Of a stretch of DNA of 64,000 bases, positions 35,770-49,400 are shown piece after piece. Source of the stretch: Vicugna vicugna (Eukaryota). The stretch covers positions 1,901,520 through 1,965,519 of the forward strand of contig MU058844.1 of assembly GCA_013265495.1 (NCBI GenBank), given 5' to 3'. The notes below the pieces were generated by a model. That model searched no databases, was not told the DNA's origin, and worked only from the letters and a program-made list of their open reading frames with translations. Positions within the stretch are counted from its first letter, which is position 1, and each line of letters begins with the position of its first letter. Position numbers and translations under genes: made by a program.

Positions 35770-36315
35770 GCTACCATCATCAACTCCCCCCCAAAACACA
35801 AAACATATGCTAATTAGGCAAAGCTGCTCATCAGACCCATTGCAGTAAGAGAGAACATCACCTGAACAGTTTTAGTTCAGTCTCTGAAGGGGAAAGTCAG
35901 AGAGGGATATCTGTCAGGTTGGAGATCTGGTCACACTAGGTTTATAGTGGCTTTCTCAAGACAGAAAACGGATTGAAATTGGACAAAGTTGTTGGCATAT
36001 AATTGGTGGACACAGTAGTAAGGCAAGAGTTTTGAAGCAGCTCTAAGAAGTAAAATATTGTTTGATTGGGGGGCTGTTGGCCAGGTGAGCAATCTGTTGT
36101 TCTGATAGGAGAGCTGTTTGCCTAGTTGAGCAAACTATTTGTCCAAATTGGTTTGCACATATTTACTAAAGCCAAGAATGAGATTATTTATTGGTTATAT
36201 TCTTATCTTCTTGGGTGAGAACTTCTCTGGAACACTTAAGTCATGTTGACACAGGTGGACTCAGTTCTCATTCCTGATAATTAAGTTACACAGATGTAGG
36301 TGGGTTCAATTCTCG
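35770..36315 (-). mobile_element. Old LTR-like element resembling the one at 34894-35400
   Basis: TTGCAGTAAGAGAGAACATCACC..GTCTCTGAAGGGGAAAG parallels 34958-35012. Confidence 0.45.
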
Positions 36316-38228
36316 AATCAGACAGTGATGGATGATACTTGTGCTTATTCTCATTCCCAGGACTATTTCTTTTTTTTTAAAAAAAAAAAACCCTTTGGTA
36401 TGTTAATCCTCTAATCAGGTGAATTGTCTGCAGATAGAAAAATTCAAAATTTATTAGAATAAACAGTGTTACTCAGGCCAACAAATTAACTTATTGATTA
36501 ACTTTATCTGCAATATTCATATAAGATTGTTAATTTGCGGCAACTTTGTTAACACCTTTATTTTATAAAGTGCAAGTGTTTGTTCACCTATTCACTAGAA
36601 TTTTACTATCTTGTAATGTTGTGTCAACTAGGCTAAATCACTTTCCAAAGCTAAATGTCCCCTAGTCTTTTTCAGTTTGGATATATCTATGCCTTTAATT
36701 ACTAATTATTTTTTCAATTTTCTGCCTCTTCATGGTAAATTAGTGATGGATTATTCCATTTTTTTCATGCTGCAGCTGATCTACTTCTTACGGTTTCACT
36801 TTTACTTACTAAATAAAGAAAGTAAAGAAAAGAAAACACTTAATTGTATCATTGTACCTGAGCAAGCAGATAAAGCCCTAAGATGAATAGCCCTAAGGCT
36901 CCACTGAGCTACACATCAAGGGAAAAAGAACGTAAACATTCTAGGCAGACGCTAAATAAATATCATAAGGGACGGAAGAAGAAGGGGAGGGAGGGAGAGA
37001 GATAAGTAAAGTTTTTTAAATTATTAAAAAAGAAAATCATTCTTTAAACAGATGTGCTAAAACATAATCAACAAAATATACTTTTGAAATAAAAACAAGA
37101 AATCATTTAGAAAGGGGATATTCCAAATTTTAAAGATTGATATCCAAGTGCATAAACTGTGTATCGCAAATCAAGTTTGCTAAGATGCCATAGTAGTGAA
37201 AAAAATAAGAAACAACTAGGAAATGGTCAATGATCAACATTAAACAGAAGTCTAATAAAGAACCAGTGTGCACAGGTACAGAGTATGTCAGGCCTATGGG
37301 GATTATAAGCAAAATGCAGAAATACATCTCTCTAAGTGATTATTTTCATTAATTTTATCTCCCTTGGTTAACCGATGAAGTTCTACAGGTAAGAGTTACA
37401 ATTACATATGCGTTTTCTGTCTGTTACTGAGTGTACGAAAGGAAATATAAAGCAAAATGCAAATGAATTACTCTTTTGTAGTGGGGGGAAGAAAATGTTA
37501 ACAAGGAAGCTGTATGCTGATGAGAACCACAGACATCTGACAAGCCACTACTGATTATGTATTATAATTCATGTTAATAATAAATCAGCCTGTTAGTTTT
37601 TCCAACTTTACATGTATGCGGAGCACTTTTATTAAGTAGAGAGAAAGCCAAGCCAGCAACTAGGAGCTGGAGCAGACCTACCAACATGGCAGCCAGTGCA
37701 GTCAGTTAACTGCATTGCTGACAGCAGGTTCTTTCTTGAAGGCAAATCTGACCAGAGCACTTTCATAACTATCACAGTCTCACCTTGTGCCACTTCTCCT
37801 TGTATGTTGGGGAGCAGTTCCTCAGTGGCCTCTGTGGGCCTCACTTCCTGAGGGAAAAACTAGTAGGAGGTTAATGGGGTAAACGACAACCCCCTTCACC
37901 ACGTTGGTCCTGGGGCAGTAACTGATGCTCATCTAGTCTCTCTCCCAAATTCTAGCAGTTCTAGGTTTGACCTGACACTTCATTTCTGATGGAGCTGAGC
38001 CCTTGGCAACCATTCTTTTAGCAGAAGTTGCTCCTGTCTATTCATAATTACAGTGGAACAAGGGAGTATGAGGTAGTGCCCAAGTGCCACACATATTCCT
38101 CCTTCCACCCTTGAAGGTCAATTCCTCCTACATGATGGTAACTCTCTTGCCACGAGGAGTCCTAAGTGCCCTGGTAACAGTGGCAGCGTCCTGTCCCCGT
38201 TACCCTGGTCAGTGTGCATCGTCTAAGG

Positions 38229-38345
38229 CAGTTTCTCAACTTCAGCACTGTTGACATTTGGGGCTGGGTAAAACTTTGTAATAGGAGGGTTGTTCTGCAC
38301 CTTGTAGGATGTTTAGCAGCAGCACTGGCCTCTACTGTGTACCCA
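38229..38345 (-). mobile_element. Partial MER20
   Basis: CAGTTTCTCAACTTCAGCACTGTTGACATTTGGGGCTGG..GTAGGATGTTTAGCAGCAGCACTGGCCTCTAC. Confidence 0.85.
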
Positions 38346-38697
38346 CATATCAAGGCAACCCATTTATAAACTAACATCCCTCCTCCTTCAGATGGTTTAT
38401 GGGAGCTGGAAGAGGGGCATGAGGACAATAATGTAGGTGACATGGTCTGAGCTATCTGTCATGTAGGTTATATATTTTTGGATCCAACTTGGACTTGGTT
38501 CTGGATGTACCACTTGCATGTTACAGTGGAGATTTGCTAGACCAGCCCACCTTTATAAACTATTGGGTCTAACAGACTCCAGCTGTAGAAGGGAAGTTCC
38601 CGATGCTTTGTCATTTGATTCTCTGTGGTTAAGCATTCTGCCTCCATGTGAGCCCAGTATCATGCAAGTTGTTTCTAAACAGATGTATAATTGTCTG

Positions 38698-39283
38698 TGT
38701 ATTAGTTATCTATTGCTGCCTAACAAATTACCACAAACTTAGTGGCTTAAAACAGTACATACATGTAAGTTTCTTTGGCTCAGGAGCCTGGACCTGGCTT
38801 AACTGAGACCTCTGCTCAAGGTCTGACAAGGCTGAAGTCAAGGTGTTAGCCAGGCTGTGTTCCTATATGGGACTCAGGATTCTCTCCCAAGCTCACGTGA
38901 TTGTTGGTAGAATTCAGTTCCTCCCAGTTATAAGACTGAGGTCCCTGTTATCTGTCAGCTGGGAACCACTCTCAGCTCTTAGACGCCACCCTTAGTTCCT
39001 GGACACAAGACTGTCTCACAATATGGCAGTTAACTTCTTCAAAGCCAGCAGGAGAGTCTTACTCCAGTCCACTAAGATGGAATTTTATGTAACATAACAG
39101 AACATGACATAATCATGAGAGTGACTGTCTCATCCCCTTTGCCATACAGCATCACCTAATCAAGGATGAGAATTTGTCATATTCTGTTGGTGAGGAGAAA
39201 GTCACAGGTTCTGCTTACACTCATGGGATTGTACAAGGGCATGACTGCTTGTGGGGGTGTCACCTTAAGGTATGTCAGCCACC
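38698..39283 (-). mobile_element. MaLR solo LTR (MLT1E/F-like)
   Basis: TGTATTAGTTATCTATTGCTGCCTAACAAATTACCACAAACTTAGTGGCTTAAAACA...GGTAGAATTCAGTTCCT...CTTCAAAGCCAGCA. Confidence 0.9.
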
Positions 39284-41399
39284 TCTGTTTTGGATGGCAT
39301 GGCCTTATTCCTGGCTCTCAGGGGCCTGGGTTGTGATTCTCCCACTGGTGCTCCCAGTGGTGCTCTTCACACTGCACTTCTTCTGATCACTGAGATCTCT
39401 AACCTCATAGGGTACGTTAAGACATATGGCCAAAATACTGGGCTGCTGGTACCACAGCCTGGACATCCTCCAGAGCTCTTCCTTCTCTGAGTCCTATACA
39501 GAAGCTGGCAACCTTCTATGTCAACAGGTAAATGGGTCAGAGCAGAATTCTCAGGTGTCTAATGTGTCGCCACTATAACCCAAAGAGGCCTGTCAGACAT
39601 TATTGTATGTTCTTTGTTATAGGAGATATAAAAATGCAGCAATTTGTCTTTTAATTTTGAGCTAGTATCCCAGCACAGCCATAGCCACTAAACCCCTAAA
39701 ACCCCTGAAGGGGCAAGTCCAAGATTCTTCATAGGGTTTATCTCCTACTCTCCAAAGCACATATTGTCTTGGCAAGCTTTCCACTATGCTAGGTACATCT
39801 CACTCTTCCTGTCCAATCAACATGATGTTGTCAGAACATCGCATGGGCGATGTCCCAATGGCCCAGAGCCTTTCAGACTAAATTATGTCATGGATGGAAT
39901 GTGATTGACATAACCCTGACGCAAAACTCTAAGTCAATACTGTTGCATGTAAATGCAGACTGTTTGTGATCCTATTTTCTAATGAGAATACAAAGAATAC
40001 ATTTGCCAAATCAGTGACTCTATGCCATAGACCTGAGGCCTTATTAATTTGCTCTAGCAATGATTCTATATTCTACACAATGTATTGTAATCAGTACTAG
40101 TAATTGGTTGGGCTGTGGTAGCTCTAAGATGCATGTCTTTTCTGCTGGGGCCAAACTGGTAAATGAAAAGGAAATTTGATAGTGATCACCATTCTAGTTT
40201 TGTATTGATGTCACTAATCTTTGCTACCTTATCCCTTCTCAATAATGTGATATGGTTTTTAATTTTCTATCTGGGCCAAGTGGAATCAGTTTCAAAGGTT
40301 TCCAATTGGATTTTCCCACAATGATAGGTCTTATCCCACTAGCCAAGAACCCAGTATGGGGTTTACTCCAAATATCCACTGTATCAGTTCCAACTGTATA
40401 CTCAGGGTCTGAGGAAATGATGATTATGTTGTCCACAGACCCAGTGGTCCACTGTGAGCAGGACTTTAGTCAGGACTTCATTTATTACCTGGCTTCCATA
40501 AGCCCTTACTCTCACAGAAGGGCCACAAGAACTCTAGCTATCAGTGTCAGCTCAGACCTTTGTGTTTAGCACTTCTAAAATTATCTTTCCCAGTGTGTAG
40601 TCACTTGAATAAGTGCCCATGCGTCCCTTTAGGAGAGGAATGAAGGAACCATTACATTATTTACTTGCTTCTGTGTTATGGAGTCCTTTATAGTAGAGAC
40701 CTAGTTTTCAGTCAGTGAGTTCCAAATCTGAAAATCAGTTCAGCAACTGAACAGGGAATTATGACTTTTTATCTGGAAGACTGCTCTCAACTTCCTATTC
40801 CTCCATTCTTGACTATTTCTGGTTGTAGATATTAATCATCAGTCTTTTTGGCTGCCTCTGTATCCTGTTTTTAGGGATACCATGCTTAATCAACTATCTC
40901 TGTAACTCCCTAGACGTCACACGGCCTTCACTGTTCCTCTGACTTTGCTGGTATTAATGGTAATTGTGGTCTCCAGGCTTCTGGTCTCTATTTCTTTGCA
41001 GTCCCATTGTCCGCAGTAACATTACATTCCCAGAGATGGTCTGCAGAGGAGGACCAGTAGTGACCTCATAAGTAATTCTGGTGCCACAATCACCAGCACA
41101 TTTCTGACAGTCATGGTACTTGGTGGTGTTCTCTGGGGCCTCCCATAATGTATAATCCTCTGGTGAGCCTTTTGACCTCACGTATCTATTCCAGCAGGCC
41201 CACTTGCCTCAGTCTCTTGATTCCTTCCTCTACTCTCTGCCAAGGCAAATCAAGCAATCTCACTTTGCTCAGTGTTGTCCATCATTTTCCATATTTCTTA
41301 CTCAGGGGTCATTGGCAAAGTTTTAAACACATTGTCCTCAAAGAGTGTCTCCAAGTCAATGAATTCTTGCCCTTTTTCATCAAACACCATTCAAAGTTA

Positions 41400-42290
41400 A
41401 CTACAAGTCCAGATGGCTTCCCTTACAAATTCTAACAAACATTTGGGGAAGAAATGGTACATACTAATTCTACATAAAATCTTCAAGACAATTGAAGAGG
41501 AGAGAATACTTAACACATTCTGTGAAGCCAGCATTACCATGATAATTCTAAAATCCACATAGAATTGAAAAAAAAATAGTTTTTAAAAAGTTTGTAACAC
41601 AGTAATAAGCAAAGAATTTATGCTACATGACTTCAAGATTTATTATAAGTCTATAGTCATCAAGACAGTGTGGGGCTTGCATAAAAGTAGACATATAGAT
41701 CAATATAATAGAATAGAGTCTAGAAATAGATCCACACATATATTTTCAATTTATTTTGGACTTAAGTTCAAAAACAATTCAATGGAGAAAAGATAATCTT
41801 TCCAACAAATGGTGCTGGAACAATGGATATCCATATGCAAAGGAAAACATTGTCCATACCTTGCAGCTTACACAAAAATTAACACAAAATGAACCCTACA
41901 CTTAAGTATAAACTCTAAAGCCATAAAAGTTCTGTTAGGAAAATATTTCTTAGATACAACACAAAATAATGATTAACTTAAACCATAAATTGGACTTTAC
42001 AAAAAAAAAAAAGTTAACAACTTTTGCTCTATGAAAGTCACAGAAGTGACTTTCCTCTGAGGAGAGGAACCCAAAGGCATTGAGGTCCAGGATATTATCT
42101 CTCAGGAGAATGAAAAGACAAGTCACACACTGGGAGAAAATACTTGCAAATTACATACCTGATAAAGTATTTGTATCCATATATATAAAGATCTTTTAAA
42201 ATTCAATGATTAGAAAACAAACAATATGATTTTTTTTAAAGCCAGTGATTTGAACAGTCTTTTCCAAAGAAGATATGATAAACAAATAGC
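41400..42290 (+). mobile_element. Old L1 ORF2 fragments with internal deletions
   Basis: CCAGATGGCTTC..AATTCTA..GAAGCCAGCATTACC; GACTTCAAGATTTATTATAAG; CAACAAATGGTGCTGGAACAATGG; CTGGGAGAAAATACTTGCAAA. Confidence 0.88.
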
Positions 42291-43834
42291 AGAAGGGGAA
42301 AATAATAATTATGATATTAATAAAAATAATAATAAATTTAGAAAGCAAAGCCTATAAGGAAATTCTTAATGAGTAAGGATCATTTAATTTAGAAATTTGA
42401 ATTTACTCTTTTAAGTTGGAACCAATTAAACTGTGGGCCTATGTTAAATTAATATAGGTGAGCCCTTTCTGCTACCATTTTTAGTTGTCTTTATTCATGG
42501 TTTTATGTTTGTGGTTGCAAAATGCGAAGTCGGGAATTATTTGGTTTAGCTAAGCATCAAGATTGATTTAATATTTGCTCTAGTAAGATACAAATTTTCT
42601 CTGCTGCTTTTGCAGTTTGTTTATAATGCTTCTTAGTTGTAAAACTGCAAAGGCCATTCCCTTTGGTGAAGGGGATGGGATGGAGTGGAGTGCTTCTTGA
42701 ATAAAAAATTAGGAGGAGAGTCAAGAAATTATGTTGAGCTGTTAGCCTCAAATGCAAATGATCTGATTATACATTTGTCTTGGAAGTAACATGCAGCTCA
42801 GGGCTTAAAGGAAAATGGCCAAGGATTAGATCCAGAGAGAAATCTCTGAATTGATTTCCAGAATGTTCTGAAAACCCCATCAGAAGCAAAGGGGTCAACT
42901 GGGATCCAATTGAATTGAAGCCTTAATACCTTGATTAGGCATAAGATCCAAAAAACAAGGGGCTAAAGAGTCCATTTCATTCAAAGCCTACTCTGTGCTT
43001 AGCATCAGCAGACAGGGGAACACAGTCCTTTACAGAACAGACATGACCTCTGGGCTCTGAGTTTACAATCTGTAGTCAGCATTTGGGGGTGTAAAGATGA
43101 GGCTTCCATATTTAAACCTTTTCTTGATCCAAATCAGGTCAGATTGCTGGATCTTAAGTTCATAGAAGCCAATATTAACATTAGGCCACAACATAAAAAT
43201 TGAAACTGATCCAAATAGGTTGAGTGATCATCTTGGTCTCCAGGGCCAGAAGCTTTGTATCTAGATAGTAAGGCCTAATTCTCTCCCAAAGTTCCTCTGT
43301 AGGCCAAAGATAGGATCCCTTGGTGTCAAATAAGTAATTTGGTTATCAAGTAAGAATTGACTGTTTAGAGTCAGCAGAGTAGCCCACGCACAAACCCTAT
43401 ATGTGTCTTTTAACTGACCTTTACTCCAAAACATTTTAAATGAAGTCTGTGTGCCAGGAATTTCAAAATTTTTAAGCTTCTCATGTACATCATCACATAG
43501 GAAATTTAGGAGATGAAAAGATGTTCACATGTTTCTAGGACTTGAGGGAGTTTTTTTTTTTTTCATTTCCTTGCACTCTGTATGATAATTTAGAAATGCT
43601 TTTAGTCCATTTGGCTGATCTTAATGTTACTTAATTTTTATTTTATTTAAATTACCAAATGGGCCCCAGGATTCTAATGTATATTTATTTGAGCACATTT
43701 GTAGTAAGTAATCCATTTTTAACAACTTTTATAGAATTTGATATATTTTGGTAGAACATTAGAAGCAGGGGTTCACTTTTTGACAGATATTTTTATATTA
43801 GTAAATATAATATTCTGGAATTGTTTGTTATACT

Positions 43835-44050
43835 GGTAATTAGTAACAATATACTGAGCACTTACTGTGTGCAAAGCACTGTGTCAGTGCTGACATAATT
43901 TAACTTTTAAAATAACTCCATAATGAAGGTATTATTGATACTTTAAACAGATTAGGAAGTTGAAGTTCAGAAGAGTTAAGTAAACTGTTCAAAGCCCCGC
44001 AGTCAATACGACCCTAAAAGTCCTTCATCTTAACCTCTGCTCTGTATCAC
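43835..44050 (-). mobile_element. MIR
   Basis: TACTGAGCACTTACTGTGTGCAAAGCACTGTG..ACAGATTAGGAAGTTGAAGTTCAGAAGAGTTAAGTAAACT. Confidence 0.75.
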
Positions 44051-45494
44051 CTCACCACATTTAAAATTCCTTTGTTCTCAAGAAGCTAACATTCCAAACA
44101 GATGTTAATGTTATTATTTTCTCTTGCCATTTCCACTCATGGTTTGACCTAAGTCTTGGGTCATCTCTAGTTTTGGTTACATGCAAAATTGGCCAAAGAA
44201 TAACATGCATAAAAGGAAGAGATTCTGATGAATTTTCTACTGACTTTATTATCTCAGGACTTTAATGGAAGAACTTTTTTCATATTTCAAAGGGAGGACA
44301 AGCTCATTGTAAATAGTCTTTTATTATGCAGTGTTCTAGACCGCAGTCAAACTACAAGGACCAATGTAATTGCACATGTTCGCACCTAAAGCATATTATC
44401 CACGTTCTCTTTTAGAAGCAGCAGCCAGGTTTGAGGTAGACAAGAAATAGGAGTGGTTGAACCACTAAATTGTTCTTTGTGATATATGTAGAGCAAAGGT
44501 ACAAAGTGAAACTCTTAGAAAGCAAGGTGAGTGTATGTGTTTTCATCTGAGAAGCATGCCCTCTGATTTTTGCATTTTTCATGACCAACCATATATAATA
44601 GCCACCTACTTAGTACAAAATTAATTGTTCATTTTTATCCTGGACCATCCGTAGTTTTTAATTTAGTTGTGTTGTTGTTTCCCTCTTAGAAAGGATTGAA
44701 TGAGGGGCATCCAGTGCATGTTTTAGGGACATAGATCCAGTTTATATTTTTCATGTATTTCTTTCAGAATATTTAGTCCAGTGTTTGGCTTAAAGAACTA
44801 AACAAATATATAATTATAAGAATAAATTTATTTCATGATTTGGAGCCATTGCATGTTTGAATAAGAACCGTTTTGTTAGGAAGCAAGTCAGGGTCCCTAA
44901 AATAGCATTATCCATCCAGAAGTATTTTTTGAGTGTCATTTAAAAATTTTAAACACACACACTTGAAATCACTTTCTTAAAAATTTTTGATAACTGATTA
45001 AATGTGTTTTAAAATGTTATGATATGGTCATTTGAGATTTGTACTTTGAGATGGGATATACAGTTAGGGCTTTAGGAAAGACAAATTCTTTATCATGTTC
45101 TATATTGGAATGCTTGCTCTAATAACAATTGAATGAACAATTTATTTCACTCAGCACAGAACTATTTATTATTAAAGAGAAGCAGGAAGCCAGCTAGTAA
45201 TATGGATAAGAAAACTTTTCCTAATTAGGCAAGAGACTAGCTTTCATGAAGATCAACATCCTCATATCCTGGCAAATTAATCTCTCTTAGTGGGAACTGG
45301 AAAGAGGATACTGTCTTTATCTTCCACAAAAGGCAGTGTTATTTTTGTGATATGAGAGATAGAAGGGAGTAAGAGTGAGAAAAGACAACCTAATTCTACC
45401 CTTTGATTAGCTGACTGTGAGCTTCTTGACATAGATGCCAAATAGTAAACTTCTTTTATTTCCCGTAATTCAGTGCCTTGCAGAAGTTAGAGGG

Positions 45495-45521
<27 letters not shown>
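45495..45521 (+). repeat. (GT)13 microsatellite
   Basis: Perfect dinucleotide run. Confidence 0.95.
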
Positions 45522-45525
<4 letters not shown>

Positions 45526-46439
45526 CTTTTTTCACATTGGCTGTTAGGTTTCACTCCCTAGAAACACGAACAGAACGCATGGGTTTTACATAAAACCAGT
45601 ATCAGAGCTATGAGAAGAAAGGAAATATAATGACACGTTTTATTTGAAGGAAATATGAAGATGGAGAACATATTTTTGTCCTAGTGGGGAATAAAACTAA
45701 GAGGACACTAAGAGATAATAAGAACAGAGGAAAAGTGAGAAAAGTAGCAAATTGCGCAGAGGAGTTTATTGTGAAACAGGTATTGGGAGTTTTCTTTAAT
45801 CTTGTACATTTTGGAGTTATTTTGTGTTGTGATGAAAGTTTTAGCTGTGTGAATAAATTGTTGAAATGACTCTATGTTAGAAGTCTTTAGGGGAGCCATG
45901 GAGGTATGATACAGAGACTTCCTTTCAAAAGAAAAGCTGTCCAAAGAAGTACAATTAGACCAGAGCCTCCAGGGCCAGGTGCCTTCAAGTTATGCCAACT
46001 GTGAACACGAGCCAAGGCCTCATGTTTCCTGCATGGAGCTCAACCAGTGAGTATGGCAGTGGCAAGAAAGCTTCAGTTTGGGAGCAGCACAGGACTCCTC
46101 AAAAAGCAGGCTTTCCAAGGAAGTTCCCCATGAGGTTTGCTGAGATCCTCTGAGCTGAACTGCTGTTTGAGGCTCATCTACCCAATCCTCTGGTTTTCCT
46201 TCTGTCTTTCACAGGAGCCAGAACTTTATCCCAGTTGGAAGGCTTTCCTTGGATGTTCCTACTTTCTTTGCCTTTTTCTATTTCACAGGTCTTTTTCCCC
46301 ACCCAATTATTTTTTTTTTCCATGTTTAACTCAATGGCTTCTGCTTCCCAAAAGAACCAAGTGACACGATTGATCCTGGAAGCAGTCTGTGATATCAGTG
46401 AATAAAATGGAGTTTGTCAACTGGATCATTTGCTACCTA

Positions 46440-49400
46440 GTAGAAAATGAGGATTCCTTCCCAAGTGGTGTGTGGAGATGGATAGTTTCTGGCATGAAAC
46501 AGCAGTCCAGTTGATAAACATCTCATCAGTGGTAACTTTGGAGAAATGTCTACTTGAATGTGAATTCCCTAGCTAGGAAAATACTCCGACACTTGAAAAA
46601 TATGGAACAAAGAGCCCATAGAAAGACAATGGAATTGGCTGATTATTAGTAAGTTACCTTAGTAAGACCTAAAGAGAGATGATGAGGAACTGAACATAGT
46701 TAAGAAATAGCACAAATGTAAGTGTGAAAGCAGGAAGGCTTCTTGGGTAGCTTATAAACAGATTCTTACCTTTTGTAAAGGGTGAGTGTATATAGCTGGA
46801 GAGAAAATGCAGAATCTAATATTTAGAGCCACTGGACTGCAAAGATGGTTGAATGTTCAGTTGGGGAATTTTCTTATGCTAAGATCAGAGCTCTGCTTAA
46901 GAAGATTTGGGGCATGAAAACATAGGACGAGTACATCTGGGTAAATTTCCCCAAAGTACTATAAACTGAAAGCCTGCAGGGATGACCCAAACATCTGCGT
47001 GAAGAGCTAGAAATATTCCCTGCAGGAAGTTATTTCAGAGGTTGCTCCCACATAACGTAGAAGGTATATCCCTCAGGAGTTACCTCCACTGTCTCTCCTG
47101 GCTTCTAGGCTGAAAAGTAAGGTTCAATTCCAGCATAACCCAGCTGTGGGATGAAACCATACTGGGACTGATGAACAAGAAAAGAGAGAATCACCCCATG
47201 AATCCTCAAGAATTAGCCAGCATGTATTATGGAGAGTCAGAAAAGTATCTGTGGGATTGGATTTTCAGAGCATGTGATCAACAGCACTGAACAGTGATTT
47301 TACCACTAGAAAATAATTTATTGACTTGGCAGCATTCTCTTGAAACATGAAATTTAAGGCTTCAGTAAAATCCCAAGGCATGGGGGAAATTTGCTGGTAG
47401 AATGGGTCTTAGAAATGCAGAGAAAGTCTTGATAATACTGAAATTCCTGAACTGTCATGCAAGATAGTGGAATCTAAAAGGAGTAAAAGACTCTGGGAAG
47501 CGGATGTGTTGGAGTGGGTGCACAGTGTCATGCCAGGGAACCTGTCAGAGTAGTATTTTCCACGGAAGAACCAATATGACACGTAATTCACCAAGGCCAC
47601 GGGGAATGTGCTGATGAGGCAGACATCAGAATCACTGATTTGCTTCATCATGGCTCTTTTCTGAAGATCAGGGCTAACAGTGGGAGAAACTGTCACCTAG
47701 CTTAGCTTGTTAATAGCGATAGAGACGATGGGGGCCTGAAGATTGAGTCCAGGGGCAGTGCTTCACTTCTGGAAATCAGGAGGCTGCAATGACCATAACA
47801 ACTAGCAGGGTTGGAGGGGCAATGAAAACGTCTTCATCTGCAAAGAGTTTTCTGTGCCATCAGAAAAGATTAGAAACAGTTTGCATTCACACGGAACCCT
47901 CAATAATATACATGTACATTTTTTTTCTTTTAACTATGTGAACTCTCCTCCCGTCTGTCATCATATAGTCCAAAGAGATCAGAAACATTAGGAAGTTTCA
48001 CAGAACATCACATTGTTCCATTATACCCAAGTTGATCAAGACAAAGAAAGAAGTGACTGAAAAGCTCAAAGCCTTGGTAAGATATGCGGATTCCAAAGTG
48101 TGATAAAACCTACAAAGTGTCAGGGACTTGCCACTTCTATTAAGATTTTAGATGTCCTATGTCCATTGTACTGGGTTATCCCTGTCAAAGTAATGGACAA
48201 ATTGATGCATTTTTATTTTGTATCCCCACCACAAAGAAGGAAGCACAAAAGTTGATAGTCCTTTTTTGAGCTCTGTAGACAACCCATTCCACATCTAAGA
48301 ATGTATGGCCCATATACTGTGTAACACAAAAGGCTGCCAAGTTTGAGTGGGATTTGGAGTAGGAAAAGACTCTGTAGCAGGCCCAGGCTTCCTGCTGCTT
48401 GGACCTTATGATCCAGCAGACCCTGTACTGTTGGAGGTGTCAGTTATGGAAAAAGGGACAATTTGAAGTATATACCAAGAGCCAGTGAAAGAATCACAAT
48501 ACTGGTTTCTGGGCTCCTAGATCAAGGTCTTACTGCCTATAACAGAGAATTATAAACCTTTTAAGAAACAACTTCTGGAGTGTTCTTCAGTACTTGTAGA
48601 GATGGAAATGTTTGACCATCAAGTTAAACAAGTGACCACAAACCCTGAGCTTCCCAATTCAAGTGGGCCCAGTAGCAGTCCACCACAAAGTGAAAATGAC
48701 ACATCTTAAATATAGCCAACTAGGGCTAGAAATTATAAACTGCATGTATAGGAAATACAGGCTCCCAAGTGATCCACCCTTGTTGAACCAGTGTCCTTCC
48801 CTCACCATGCAGCTAAGATCATATGCAGGGATCCCATAAAACCCCCTAAAGCAGAAGAAAAAGTGTGAACTTGATTTATGAATATGTCAGCTTGGTATAA
48901 GATTATGAGCTGAAAATACATGGTGGCTATGTTATAACCACAATCAAGAAAGGCCTTAAAATAAACTGATGAGAGGAAATTTCCCCAATGAGTGGCACTT
49001 CAAATGGTATATTTGGTCATATATTTCATGAAGGATGAGAAGTAGCCTGGGGTGAGAAAATACATGGATTCATGGATAGGGGCCAGTAGCTTCGCCAATT
49101 GGTTAGGGATCTGGATAGAAAAGTATCAGAATATTAGGTTAAGTGATACCAGATGTGGAAAAGTGTTTTGGAAAGATACTGATGGACATATGGCAGCAGG
49201 CAAAAAAAATATAAGATTTATTTCATCACACATTCATTTCTATTAGAAAGCGTTCACCACAAAAGAGGCACCAAACAACCAAGTTTAAAAAATGGCTCAG
49301 TCAGTTGATATTAACCAGTCTCTATCATTGGTCACTCCAAAACAGGCACAGTGGGCAGAGTGGCCATTTTGGCGAACATGGATGCCAAGCCTGGGCCCCA

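Larger units (their letters stand above)
37820..41400 (-). mobile_element. Decayed ERV-L internal region (gag-pro-pol-dUTPase relic), interrupted by MER20 and an MLT1 LTR
   Basis: Minus-strand remnants: dUTPase-end-like GGAAGGAGGAATATGTG..LILPCSTVIMN (about 38040-38110), RT LTGLFG (about 39575-39596), protease-end IIVGKSNWKPLKL (ORF 40239..40436); many stops and frameshifts. Confidence 0.8.
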
